In this document: piece by piece, positions 27,920 to 37,727 of the stretch
Numbering within the stretch: position 1 is the stretch's first letter
Layout of the letters: the number at the start of each line of letters is the position of its first letter
Assembly: GCA_029762535.1 (NCBI GenBank)
Contig: JARVGK010000006.1
Coordinates: 1 to 64,000 of the forward strand
DNA length: 64,000 nt
Direction: 5' to 3'
From: Thermoplasmatota archaeon
GTDB lineage: Archaea > Thermoplasmatota > Penumbrarchaeia > Penumbrarchaeales > Penumbrarchaeaceae
The notes under the pieces: generated by a model
The model's database searches: none
What the model was told of the DNA's origin: nothing
The model's input: the letters and a program-made list of their open reading frames with translations, nothing else
Program-made: the position numbers and the translations under genes

Positions 27920-30853
27920 TCATTCTTCGGACCATTCCGAGGCGCCACCATTTGCCAATCTCTGCTTGACCCATCTCGCGAAACCGAATATGACCAGACA
28001 GATGATGAGAAGCGCTATCAGATAGACCGCCAAACGGTATGCGTTCCATCCGGGCTCCTCTCGGGGTTCGGGAAAATCCTCGGGTGGTTCCTCATCCTGC
28101 TCTTCCTGCTCCAATTCGTTCTTTATCGAGAAGGAACCGCTCTCGTCCATCTCGCTGTCGTAGCCGTCATCGATCATAATCTCGATCCAGTACGACCCGT
28201 CCTGATGCATGCTCGTGTCCCATACGAAAATCTGATCGGTCGGCATCGGCCCCGCAAAGAGCATCGTACGCGTCCCCGATACGTTCCTCGACCTTATCTC
28301 GATATATAGGGGATCCATGTCCGGATCGAAAGCGCTCCAGCTTATGTTGACCGTCCCCGACAATACCATTCCACTCGCAGGATAGAGCACCGTAACCCTT
28401 GGCGGCAGGTTCTCCACGGGCACCGTGATGTTCTCGGACTCCTCGATAACGGTCACCCTGACCCTCGATGGAGCGGACCAAAGGCCCTTATCGTCCATGA
28501 CCTTGAGTAAGAAGATATACATACCGGTCTCACCAGCAAAGAATTGAGGGTTGAAGCTATCCCTGCCGATCAAAATTAGTTCAGGATGCGTCACGGAGGT
28601 CCAATTCCATGCCACTATCTGCCCATCCGCATCGGAGGAGAGCGAACCGTTGAGGACCACGGTGGTATTCCTGTGTACGGTCCGGTTCTTGCCGGCATTT
28701 GCGATGGGATGATAGTTATCGGTCAGCACCACCACGTTCACATAATCTGGGTCCGACCATTCCGATCGGTCGTCCTGCACCGTCAGCGTGAAGGGATAGG
28801 TCCCGATCCTGTTCGGAACGAAATATGGATACGGCCCGCTGCTATCGTTGAGCTCTATCGAGGGATGCGAGCTGCAGGCCCAGGACCATTCGATTATATC
28901 CCCGTCAGGATCAAAGGACAGGGAGCCGTTGAGACGGACCGTGGTATTCGCCACCGCTTCGATATCCGTCCCCGCATGGCTCGTCGGACGGATGTTAGGC
29001 CTCAGCGTGACATTGATGATAACGCTGTCCGGGGCCGATATCTCCAAGAGCGTATCGGTGACCAACAGGTCGAAAGTGTAACTCCCCGTCTCCTCCGGGG
29101 CCGTGAAATACGGGTTCTGGGCCGAGGCATCCGAAAGTTCGACCTGAACAGGGTTGGATGAGTTCTGCAACCATTCGAATCCAAGCAGTTCCAATTCGTC
29201 CTCGACGTCGTAAGAACCGGACCCGTTGAGGTGGACTATGGATCCGGCGAACACGCTTTGGTCCTCTCCGGCATTCGATACTGGAGGGGTGTTCGCTATT
29301 ATGACCTGGACATTCACATCGTCATCGAGAAGGGATCCGAACCCGTCCGTGTCCGTGACGCTCAATGAGATGGTGTAATTGCCCTCATGCGTGGGTGTGA
29401 AGTTGACCTTCGCCGATCTGTCCGACGGCGAAAGGTCCGCATCGGTCATGATCGAGCCCGGGGGTTGGGATGTTATCGCCCAATCGTAGGTGAGGATCGT
29501 CCCGGTGGGATCGCCATCAGGGCAGTCCTGAGCGTCGTAGGATGAGGTTCCGTCGAGGAGGACGCTATCCCCCAGGAACACGGTCCTATCCCTTCCGGCC
29601 CTCGCGACCGGGTTCGGCGGCTGGGTGATGTTGTTACGGAACACCATGGCGCCGTTGCCCCAGGTGCAACCCGCCACATCGAGGTCCCCGTCGTTGTCGA
29701 GATCTATGAAATTGGCCCCGTAGAACTTCATCGTCCCAGGGAGGCCTTTGTCAACGACCCTCGTCCATGTGAAAGCGTTGCCGGGCTCATCCGACCCGTC
29801 ACCCAGGTAGAGGTGAATTCCCGAACTCTCGGTGGCCGCCAACAGGTCGAGATCGCCGTCGTTATCGACATCCGATAGGTGCATCTGATAGAACGTAGAG
29901 GTCGGGCGCGGGCTCCATGAGCCGTTAAGATAGGTCCATTTCAGATCGTCTCCGGAGGGGCCGCCTCCGTTTCCGAGCAGGAGGAAAAGCCCGTCCGGAT
30001 GAGTCCTTCTGCCGTAAACGATGTCGATATACCCGTCGTCGTTAACGTCCCCGGTCACGAGGCCCATCATCCTACCCGACCTCTCGACCTCCGGAAGCGT
30101 TCCGGACACATCAGTCCAGGACCTCCCCGATGATGACTGCTGGAATATGAACATGCCGTCGCCGTACTGTCCGACGACCATGTCAAGAAGCCCGTCTCCG
30201 TTCAGATCGTTAACGTCTATGGCCGTGCACATACCCCTGTTTCGAAGTCCGGAGGAGTATTCGGTCCAGGTTATCGGCGATGTCCCGCTCCCCTCGAAAT
30301 ACCTGACCCCGTACTGCGCCCCTATGGCCATGTCGAGCCCTGGCCCTCCTGTGATGTTCTCTATGCGAAGATAGCTCACGGCCCCCGACGTCATAGGCGA
30401 TGTTATGCCTGATTTAGAGAACCCGGTCCCGTTCCATTCCCATGCCCCCACCCCGAAGGTGTTCTCCTGATAACATGCGTAGACCTCCTGGTACCCGTCG
30501 TTATCACAGTCTTTGATCTCGATGTAAGCGAATGAGCCTGTATCGGATATGGTGTGCTGCGTCCAGGTTCCGTCCCCGCTGCCGAAGAAAGCGTACAACC
30601 CCTTGGTCCCAAGAGTTCCGTAGTTCTCCTCCGCACCGATCACCAGGTCCTGATGACCATTGCCATCTATATCGCCCACACCCACGCAGTTGAAATCTCC
30701 GACCGTCGGAAGTCCGGTAGATACTCCCCCTCCGAAGCTTTCAATCGTGTTCCTGGATTCCTCAACATCGATCTTGGCGGACCCTCCCAACGGAAATGTA
30801 AATAATATGATCAGGACAAAGCTGGCAAGTACGATATTTACCCTTATCGTCAT
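27920..30853 (-). CDS. FG-GAP/VCBS repeat and PKD-domain surface protein
   Basis: Repeated D.D.DG..D motifs, about 4 PKD-like domains, an acidic linker and a C-terminal TM. Confidence 0.85.
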   Translation of the reverse strand: MTIRVNIVLASFVLIILFTFPLGGSAKIDVEESRNTIESFGGGVSTGLPTVGDFNCVGVGDIDGNGHQDLVIGAEENYGTLGTKGLYAFFGSGDGTWTQHTISDTGSFAYIEIKDCDNDGYQEVYACYQENTFGVGAWEWNGTGFSKSGITSPMTSGAVSYLRIENITGGPGLDMAIGAQYGVRYFEGSGTSPITWTEYSSGLRNRGMCTAIDVNDLNGDGLLDMVVGQYGDGMFIFQQSSSGRSWTDVSGTLPEVERSGRMMGLVTGDVNDDGYIDIVYGRRTHPDGLFLLLGNGGGPSGDDLKWTYLNGSWSPRPTSTFYQMHLSDVDNDGDLDLLAATESSGIHLYLGDGSDEPGNAFTWTRVVDKGLPGTMKFYGANFIDLDNDGDLDVAGCTWGNGAMVFRNNITQPPNPVARAGRDRTVFLGDSVLLDGTSSYDAQDCPDGDPTGTILTYDWAITSQPPGSIMTDADLSPSDRSAKVNFTPTHEGNYTISLSVTDTDGFGSLLDDDVNVQVIIANTPPVSNAGEDQSVFAGSIVHLNGSGSYDVEDELELLGFEWLQNSSNPVQVELSDASAQNPYFTAPEETGSYTFDLLVTDTLLEISAPDSVIINVTLRPNIRPTSHAGTDIEAVANTTVRLNGSLSFDPDGDIIEWSWACSSHPSIELNDSSGPYPYFVPNRIGTYPFTLTVQDDRSEWSDPDYVNVVVLTDNYHPIANAGKNRTVHRNTTVVLNGSLSSDADGQIVAWNWTSVTHPELILIGRDSFNPQFFAGETGMYIFLLKVMDDKGLWSAPSRVRVTVIEESENITVPVENLPPRVTVLYPASGMVLSGTVNISWSAFDPDMDPLYIEIRSRNVSGTRTMLFAGPMPTDQIFVWDTSMHQDGSYWIEIMIDDGYDSEMDESGSFSIKNELEQEEQDEEPPEDFPEPREEPGWNAYRLAVYLIALLIICLVIFGFARWVKQRLANGGASEWSEE

Positions 30854-30968
30854 ACGATCTCCCGGAGGATGCATCACATGTATCCAGCCTGTGATGCGAC
30901 ATATATTATTTTCGTCATGATTGTTTCCTCATATGAACAGAGGCTCGGATCGATGATGTTCGAGGGAC

Positions 30969-31715
30969 CTATTCCACGACCAGACGCAGCCCGAAATTGA
31001 ACTGGATAGTCCCCGGATCGCTCTTGATGCGATGCGATGAGGTGCAATGCTGGGGATGATTACCCCAGCTGCCCCCCCTCAGCACCTTCTCTTCCCCATC
31101 AGCGGGGCCTTTGGGATCGGTCGAAGCTTCGTCCCCCAAAGGAGCGTACCAGTCGCTACACCACTCGAACACGTTGCCGTACATGTCGTACAGCCCCCAA
31201 CCGTTCGGATCCTTCCTCCCAACGGGATGGGTCGTCTTATCGCTGTTCTTGGAATACCATGCATGGTAACCCAGTTCCAGCGGGTTGTCGCCATAATGAT
31301 AGACCGTGTCCGATCCCGCTCTGCATGCATATTCCCATTCGGCCTCGGTCGGCAGCCTGAATATTTGATCGGTCTGAAATGTGTTCAGCTTATCGATGAA
31401 TTCCATGCAGTCGAACCAGCTGACGCTCTCCACGGGCAGGTCGGATCCCTTGAAATAACTGGGGTTCTCCCCCATGACCGCTTCCCACTGTTCCTGAGTC
31501 ACCTCGTATCTCGTCATGAGGAAGGATCTCGAGATCTCCACTTCGGAGTTGTTTGCGTCCCCGGACATGAGAAAGCGCCCGGAGGGGATCTCGACGATAT
31601 CGAAACGCGCACCCCCCGCCATGATGAACGAACCATCGTGTACCTCCTCCTTATCGAGACATCCGGATATGTTCGCGATCAACATTGCGATGATAAGAGT
31701 CCATTGTATCTTCAG
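30969..31715 (-). CDS. Formylglycine-generating-enzyme (SUMF1/FGE-sulfatase) family putative lipoprotein
   Basis: EVTQ.QW, FRLPTEAEWEYACRAG, GLYDMYGNV.EWC and RGGSW. A lipobox ISGC follows a full signal peptide if translation starts at CTG 31715 (first ATG is 31685). Confidence 0.85.
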   Translation of the reverse strand: MKIQWTLIIAMLIANISGCLDKEEVHDGSFIMAGGARFDIVEIPSGRFLMSGDANNSEVEISRSFLMTRYEVTQEQWEAVMGENPSYFKGSDLPVESVSWFDCMEFIDKLNTFQTDQIFRLPTEAEWEYACRAGSDTVYHYGDNPLELGYHAWYSKNSDKTTHPVGRKDPNGWGLYDMYGNVFEWCSDWYAPLGDEASTDPKGPADGEEKVLRGGSWGNHPQHCTSSHRIKSDPGTIQFNFGLRLVVE

Positions 31716-31774
31716 CCTATCACCGTTTTTTCAAACGGTCGAGGATATAAGTCTTTTTCGCCCATTCTAGCACA

Positions 31775-32380
31775 TCAATCCAGGTGCGGGATCAGGACCA
31801 GCGTCCATGTCATCGAACCTCCCTCCGTAGAGACGCTGATGACCGCTCCCGAGGAAAGGGCCTCGTTGAAGCTGAATAAAAGATCGGAGCTCGGGGTCTC
31901 GCTAAAGGGCATCTCGTTCACCAACTGCCATTCACCGTGCTGGTCCTTGGCGTAGATCCTCTGCACATCGTTTACGACGGTTATACCGGCATCCACGCTC
32001 AAACTCGGCGTCTTCGTATCCCCTTCGAAAAATGCACTGGGACCGATATTCCAGCTCCCGCTCCTCTCGATCTTCGAATCGGGGCTTACCAGGGTCTCGC
32101 CGGAATACGTTAGAGTGGCGGAGTCGATCTCTATAGTGCCGAACTCCTTTTCGATCTCGACCTTCATGCTCGTTGACACGTCCCACTCCGGATAGACGTT
32201 CGTATACCTCACAGTAAGAGTGCCCGAGTAGCTCCTGTCAAGCCAATTGTCCGGCGCCATATCAGAACCGTCGTCCTTGGATCCTAGGTCTATGCATCCT
32301 GAAAATGCCGCAAATATGGCAATGGTCATGCACAGGATCACTGGAAAAGCAGGGTTTATCCCCTTGTTTAAAGATGACAT
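31775..32380 (-). CDS. Putative lipoprotein
   Basis: Signal peptide with lipobox FSGC; beta-rich mature part. Confidence 0.7.
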   Translation of the reverse strand: MSSLNKGINPAFPVILCMTIAIFAAFSGCIDLGSKDDGSDMAPDNWLDRSYSGTLTVRYTNVYPEWDVSTSMKVEIEKEFGTIEIDSATLTYSGETLVSPDSKIERSGSWNIGPSAFFEGDTKTPSLSVDAGITVVNDVQRIYAKDQHGEWQLVNEMPFSETPSSDLLFSFNEALSSGAVISVSTEGGSMTWTLVLIPHLD

Positions 32381-32435
32381 TTTGACCCCCTTAATACATG
32401 GGAGCCATCATACTTTTAATTTTCCCGGGATGAAA

Positions 32436-33404
32436 TCATACCGTTCCGTAATGCTCCAGATACCAATTGAGGAACCGTTTCACGCCCTCCTCTATCGTAA
32501 CTGCCGGATCGTATCCCAGCATTTCCTTCGCATGCTCTATATCGGCGCATGTCCTTGGCACATCGCCGTCCTGCATGGGCAGGAGCAGCCTTTTGGCCTT
32601 CTTACCAAGCTCTTCCTCGATAAGCTCTATGAAATACGTCAGCTTCACGGGCCTGTTGTTCCCCAGATTGAAAACCTCGTACCTGAAGGGCCGATCAATG
32701 GCGGCGACCGTTCCCTTGACGATATCATCGACATAAGTGAAGTCCCTCTCCATATTCCCGTGATTGTAAACCTCTATCGGCTCGTCCGAGAGTATGTTCT
32801 TCGTGAACTTGAACAGGGCCATGTCAGGGCGCCCGTAGGGCCCGTAGACCGTGAAGAACCTTAACCCGGTCGTGTTGATGCCGAACAGATGTGAATACAC
32901 GTGCGCCATCAGCTCGTTCGATTTCTTCGTGGCGGCATAAAGGGAGATGGGGTTGTCCACCACATCCGATTCGGAGAAGGGAACCTTTTCATTGCCCCCG
33001 TAAACCGAGGAGGAGGATGCATAGACGAGATCCTTAATGCCGTATCTCCTGCAGCCCTCGAGCACGTTCATCGTACCCGCGATGTTCGAATCGATATAGA
33101 CATGTGGGTTCTCTATGGAATACCTGACGCCCGCCTGGGCCCCCAGATGGCAGATGGTATCGGGAGATCCCTTCTCAATCACCGAGAAAAGACCCTCTCT
33201 ATCGACCAGGTCCAAATGATGGAAGGTGAACCCTTCGTATCCTCCAAGGACCTTCAGACGGGACCTCTTTAGGGAGGGATCGTAGTACTCATTGAGGTTA
33301 TCGTATCCTATGACCCGATCCCCTCTCTTGAGAAGATATCTAGAAACGTGGAACCCTATGAACCCTGCCGATCCCGTAACAAGTATGGTCCTCATTGTCA
33401 TCAC
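32436..33404 (-). CDS. NAD-dependent epimerase (UDP-glucuronate 4-epimerase-like)
   Basis: TGSAGFIG, AQAGVRYS, YASSSSVYG, YAATK and GRPDMA. Confidence 0.9.
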   Translation of the reverse strand: MMTMRTILVTGSAGFIGFHVSRYLLKRGDRVIGYDNLNEYYDPSLKRSRLKVLGGYEGFTFHHLDLVDREGLFSVIEKGSPDTICHLGAQAGVRYSIENPHVYIDSNIAGTMNVLEGCRRYGIKDLVYASSSSVYGGNEKVPFSESDVVDNPISLYAATKKSNELMAHVYSHLFGINTTGLRFFTVYGPYGRPDMALFKFTKNILSDEPIEVYNHGNMERDFTYVDDIVKGTVAAIDRPFRYEVFNLGNNRPVKLTYFIELIEEELGKKAKRLLLPMQDGDVPRTCADIEHAKEMLGYDPAVTIEEGVKRFLNWYLEHYGTV

Positions 33405-33410
33405 ATCGAT

Positions 33411-33965
33411 CTAATCCAATTTGATCTCTTTTTCGCAATTATCACAAAAGAAGACATCTCCTTCTCTTTCTTTGAGCTTCCTTCCGCAAACGCAAACATA
33501 TCCTTTTATCTTTGCCGGATTTCCGTAAACGAGCGCATGGTCTGGGACATCCCTGGTAACGACAGAACCGGCTCCTATCATCGCATGTTTCCCTATTCTC
33601 GTTCCACAGACTATGGTCGCGTTCGTCCCGATGGATGCCCCGTCATCGACATAGGTCTCGCCGACCTTGAAGTCCGATATATGCGACCGGGGATAGAGGT
33701 CGTTGGTGAACACGCAATGCGGACCCAGGAATACATCGTTACCTATCTTGACGCCATGATAGATAGAGACATAGTTCTGAATCTTTACGCGATCCCCTAT
33801 CACAACATCGAAATCGATGTATACGCCTTTGCCAATATTGCATCCTTGGCCAATCGTTGCCCTCTCCCTTATCTGGGCCTGATGCCATATGCTGGTGCCT
33901 TCTCCGATCACGGCCTCATCCGACACCTCGGCCGTGGGATGTATCCTGACGTTCTTGCGGTCCAT
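33411..33965 (-). CDS. wbpD: WbpD-like hexapeptide N-acetyltransferase
   Basis: IWH, KIQN.VSIY.GV, VFTND..PR, GNPA...G.VC.CG and a C-terminal CxxC. Confidence 0.8.
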   Translation of the reverse strand: MDRKNVRIHPTAEVSDEAVIGEGTSIWHQAQIRERATIGQGCNIGKGVYIDFDVVIGDRVKIQNYVSIYHGVKIGNDVFLGPHCVFTNDLYPRSHISDFKVGETYVDDGASIGTNATIVCGTRIGKHAMIGAGSVVTRDVPDHALVYGNPAKIKGYVCVCGRKLKEREGDVFFCDNCEKEIKLD

Positions 33966-33969
33966 ATTC

Positions 33970-34953
33970 TCACTCCAGCGTTATCTTGCTTCCAGTCACT
34001 ATCGATCTCTCCGCAGCCTTGGCGATCTCGAGGTTCTTCAAACCGTCCAATCCGGTGACAAGTGGAGCCCTGCCTTCCACGATCGCTCCCAGGAAATCCG
34101 CTATCTCCTTCCTCAGAGGTTCCTCGGGAGAAATGCGCATCCTGTTTATTCCGTAATTTATCGGGATCCTCCAGAGATTGTCATAATCTATCCTTCCGAA
34201 CTCGGCCTTTGAGACCTTGACCTCCTGGTCCATGTAATCCATATCGGCTATGCCATCGGTGCCGGTTATCGATATCTCCCTCAGTTTCATTGGGGTCAGC
34301 CAGGATACCTCGAGCGATCCCTGCATTCCCCTCTCGAGCTCGAGCAGGATAGTGGCGTGATCTATCAGTGACCTTGTCCTGACGGAACCCCCGAGGGCAT
34401 ATACGGATACTACCTCGCTCCCTGAGAGGTATCTGACCGCATCGATATCATGGACCGCTATGTCGGTCACTACTCCCACATCGGTGATCCTTGCCGGGTA
34501 GCTTGAAACGCGCTTTGTGGAAATGTTTATCACATCTCCTATGGTCCCATTTTCCACAATCTCCTTTGTGAACTTCACGATGGGGTTGTGCCTCTCTATC
34601 ATACCGACTGATAGGGTCCTGCCGCTCCTATCGGCCGCTGATATTATTTCCTGTGCGTTCTCTACCGTGTCGCTGATCGGTTTCTCGATGAGAACGTCCA
34701 TGCCCAACTCCAACGCCTTTATCACCGGAACTTTGTGATGTATGGTGGGAGTGGCAACGGTAAGGGCCTCAACGCCGGACCGATCTAGGAACTCATCCAC
34801 ATCGGAATACGCATCGCACCCGAGCCTGTCGGCGACTTCCTTGGCCCTTGCGGGATCCGAGTCGCATACGGCCACAAGATCACTGAGCTCAGAATAGACC
34901 CTCGCATGGTTCCGTCCCATGTTCCCGACGCCGATGACTCCTGTTTTTATCAT
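33970..34953 (-). CDS. Gfo/Idh/MocA oxidoreductase (WbpB-like UDP-GlcNAcA 3-dehydrogenase)
   Basis: GVIGVGNMG..HAR, EKP and D.AVHDID; lies between wbpE-like and wbpD-like genes. Confidence 0.8.
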   Translation of the reverse strand: MIKTGVIGVGNMGRNHARVYSELSDLVAVCDSDPARAKEVADRLGCDAYSDVDEFLDRSGVEALTVATPTIHHKVPVIKALELGMDVLIEKPISDTVENAQEIISAADRSGRTLSVGMIERHNPIVKFTKEIVENGTIGDVINISTKRVSSYPARITDVGVVTDIAVHDIDAVRYLSGSEVVSVYALGGSVRTRSLIDHATILLELERGMQGSLEVSWLTPMKLREISITGTDGIADMDYMDQEVKVSKAEFGRIDYDNLWRIPINYGINRMRISPEEPLRKEIADFLGAIVEGRAPLVTGLDGLKNLEIAKAAERSIVTGSKITLE

Positions 34954-34963
34954 CTTCAGAATA

Positions 34964-36037
34964 TCACCCCAAGATCCCTTTTACCGCTTCTACTATCTTC
35001 AAAGCATCGTCCTCCGTCACCAAAGGATGCACCGGCAGGGAGAGCACCTTCACCGCCATCTCTTCGGCGACGGGGTATTCCTTGACCCTATGTTCCCTCA
35101 TCGCGGGGGATGATGGGATGATGCTCGGATAGAACACTTTATTTCCAATTCCCCTTTCGTTCAATCCATCGATAAGGAGCTTTCGATCCTTTTCCACCTT
35201 GACCGTGTATTGATGATAGACGTGATCGTTGAAATCCTCCACGAATGGGATCACTATCCCATCGATGGGTGACAGTCCTTCGTTGAGGTGGCGAGCGTTC
35301 CTCTTCCTGGTCCCGTTCCTGCGATCCAGCTTCTTAAGTTGTTCCCGACCTATCGCGGCGGCTATGGATGTCATCCTCAGATTGTAACCCACAGTATGAT
35401 GATCATATCTTGCGACCTGGCCGTGGTTCCGAAGCATTCTGATCCTATCGATGAATCCACTGTCGTCCGATACCACCATGCCCCCCTCGCCCGTGGTCAT
35501 GTTCTTGGTGGGATAGAACGAGAACATCCCGGCGTAACCCATGGACCCAGCCTTCTTTTTTTTATACATGGAACCGTGTGATTGGGCACAATCCTCGAGA
35601 ACAGGTATGTCTCCAGCGGATTCAAGGATGCGGTCCATATCAGCGCACTGTCCGTAGAGGTGAACGGGGATGATCGCTTTTGTCCGTTCGGTGATCGCCT
35701 CCCTCAAGCTCTCCGGGTCCATGTTGAACGTCCTCGGGTCTATGTCCACGAAGACAGGGGTAGCTCCCAGAAACAATATTGGCGTAGCGCTCGCAATAAA
35801 GCTGAAAGATGTGGTTATCACCTCGTCCCCTGGCTTCACTCCCAGAGCTGCGAGAGCGAGATGTATGGCAGAGGTCCCGGAGGAGCAGCTCGCTCCCCCT
35901 CTAACGCCGCAATATTCAGCGAATTCTGCCTCGAAGGATTCTACCTCGGGTCCGTGAGCCAGCATTCCACTGTCCATCACTCTCATTACGGCATCCTTCT
36001 CTTCCTGCTCCATCACCGGTTTGGCCAAAGGTATCAT
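34964..36037 (-). CDS. DegT/DnrJ/EryC1/StrS aminotransferase (WbpE-like)
   Basis: SGT.A, PVHLYG, EDCAQSHG and SFYPTKNMTTGEGG. Confidence 0.9.
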   Translation of the reverse strand: MIPLAKPVMEQEEKDAVMRVMDSGMLAHGPEVESFEAEFAEYCGVRGGASCSSGTSAIHLALAALGVKPGDEVITTSFSFIASATPILFLGATPVFVDIDPRTFNMDPESLREAITERTKAIIPVHLYGQCADMDRILESAGDIPVLEDCAQSHGSMYKKKKAGSMGYAGMFSFYPTKNMTTGEGGMVVSDDSGFIDRIRMLRNHGQVARYDHHTVGYNLRMTSIAAAIGREQLKKLDRRNGTRKRNARHLNEGLSPIDGIVIPFVEDFNDHVYHQYTVKVEKDRKLLIDGLNERGIGNKVFYPSIIPSSPAMREHRVKEYPVAEEMAVKVLSLPVHPLVTEDDALKIVEAVKGILG

Positions 36038-36147
36038 GGATCTTCCTCCGAATTGGTCCGAACATATCGAATCGACTATGAGGAAGGGAAGGTATGGTCC
36101 TATTTATTCTTACGCAGATGACCACATCGATACATTATCTGCCCTCC

Positions 36148-37656
36148 TCATGAGAAGAACAGCTTCTTCGATGCAAAATGGGGATCGCATGTCAAATTGA
36201 CCCCAAGCTGGCGCAATCCTTTCTCGTCACCTGGGCTCGGTATATGCGTGAGATGTACCTCGCATCCGGACAACGATTTGAGCTTCTCCATGGCTAGACG
36301 TGCCGTCGGATTGGTCGTTGCGCTCGTGCTTAAAGCTATGAGCGTCTCCTCCAGGTCCAGGCTTATCGCGGGCTGGCCGAGTATGTCCTTCTTCAAGCTC
36401 GCAACGGATCCGATCGTGTTCGGGCTCAAGAGATAGATATGTTTGGGTATACCCGCGAGATGCTTTATGGCGTTCAGCACCAGGCTCGAGGAGGCGTGCA
36501 TTAGGGGCGAGTTCTTTCCCTTTATAATGCTGCCGTCCTCGAGTTCCATAGCCGCACCGCAGAATATGCCTCTGTTACCCTCGTTCTTCTCCGCCATAAC
36601 AGCGGCTTCCCTTGCCGGGAGGACCACGGATCTGTCCTCCGGCCTGAGATCGAACTCCTCCAGGATGGATGCTGTTCGATCCACCGGTTCTTGATCCCCC
36701 GTACCCATCGCCGCCTCCGCCGCGTAGCGGAAATACCTCCGCAGGATCTCCTCCTTCGATGCGATCGATGCCGCCCCATCGTCCATTATCGCATACCCGG
36801 CCCTGTTGACCCCCATATCTGTCGGCGATCGGTAGTCGATGTCCTTTTCGGATATGCGCGAGAGTATCCGACGCAGCAGAGGGAACACTTCGACGTCCCT
36901 GTTGTAGCTCACGGCCTTCTCGTTGTATGCCTCGAGGTGGAACGGATCTATCATGTTGACGTCTTTAAGATCCGCGGTCGCAGCCTCATAAGCGATGTTC
37001 ACCGGGTGGCGCAGCGGCAGGTTCCATATGGGGAAGGTCTCGAACTTTGCATATCCTGCTTCGTATCCTCTCTCATGCTCGTGATATATCTGAGACAGGC
37101 AGGTAGCAAGCTTTCCGCTGTTTGGCCCGGGCGCTGTGACCACCACCAGGGGATTGAAGGTCTCGATGTAGGGATTCGCGCCGTAACCATCTTCGCTAAC
37201 GATCCGATTCACATCGGTCGGATAGCCGGGGATCGGGGCGTGGGTGTAAACGTTTATCCCCTGCCTCTCAAGCTTTCTTTTGAACGTGAGGGCGCTCATT
37301 TGCCCCTTGAACCTCGTTATCACCACAGCTGTGATCTCAAGGCCTCTCTCCCGAAGGTCATCGATCATCTTCATAGCGTCGGAGTCGTACGTGATCCCGA
37401 AATCCGATCGGATCTTCCTGCGCTCTATGTCATCGGCGTATATGCACAGGATGATATCAGCCTCATCCTTAAGCTGCTTGAGAAGACGCACCTTGACGTT
37501 GGGATCGAACCCGGGAAGCACCCTGGACGCATGATAATCGTATAGGAGCTTGCCACCGAATTCGAGATAGAGCTTGTTGTCGAAGCGTTTTGCGCGCTCG
37601 ATGATGGCGGACGATTGCTCTGCGAGGTATTTCTCGTTGTCGAACGCTATTCCCAG
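36148..37656 (-). CDS. DUF1846 family protein
   Basis: FDNEKYL..QS..I.ER...F..KLYLEFGGKL..D.HA.RVLPGF, APGPNSGK and AKFETFPIWNLPL.HPVN. The conserved N-terminus extends 45 codons upstream of the ORF-track start, to CTG 37656. Confidence 0.85.
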   Translation of the reverse strand: MGIAFDNEKYLAEQSSAIIERAKRFDNKLYLEFGGKLLYDYHASRVLPGFDPNVKVRLLKQLKDEADIILCIYADDIERRKIRSDFGITYDSDAMKMIDDLRERGLEITAVVITRFKGQMSALTFKRKLERQGINVYTHAPIPGYPTDVNRIVSEDGYGANPYIETFNPLVVVTAPGPNSGKLATCLSQIYHEHERGYEAGYAKFETFPIWNLPLRHPVNIAYEAATADLKDVNMIDPFHLEAYNEKAVSYNRDVEVFPLLRRILSRISEKDIDYRSPTDMGVNRAGYAIMDDGAASIASKEEILRRYFRYAAEAAMGTGDQEPVDRTASILEEFDLRPEDRSVVLPAREAAVMAEKNEGNRGIFCGAAMELEDGSIIKGKNSPLMHASSSLVLNAIKHLAGIPKHIYLLSPNTIGSVASLKKDILGQPAISLDLEETLIALSTSATTNPTARLAMEKLKSLSGCEVHLTHIPSPGDEKGLRQLGVNLTCDPHFASKKLFFS

Positions 37657-37727
37657 TATATGCCCCCGGTACCTCCGTCAGAAAGGACTTGATGGGAGAT
37701 AACTTTTCCTTAAACCACAGTATCATA

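Noticed and set aside
30969-31715. FGE-sulfatase (CLec-fold) gene as a diversity-generating retroelement target
   Set aside because: No reverse transcriptase and no template-repeat copy of its 3' end were seen in the window.
37469-37726. Possible frameshifted N-terminus of DUF1846 (85-aa ORF in the track)
   Set aside because: The conserved N-terminal residues are in the same frame as the main ORF, so no frameshift is needed; this ORF is a shadow.
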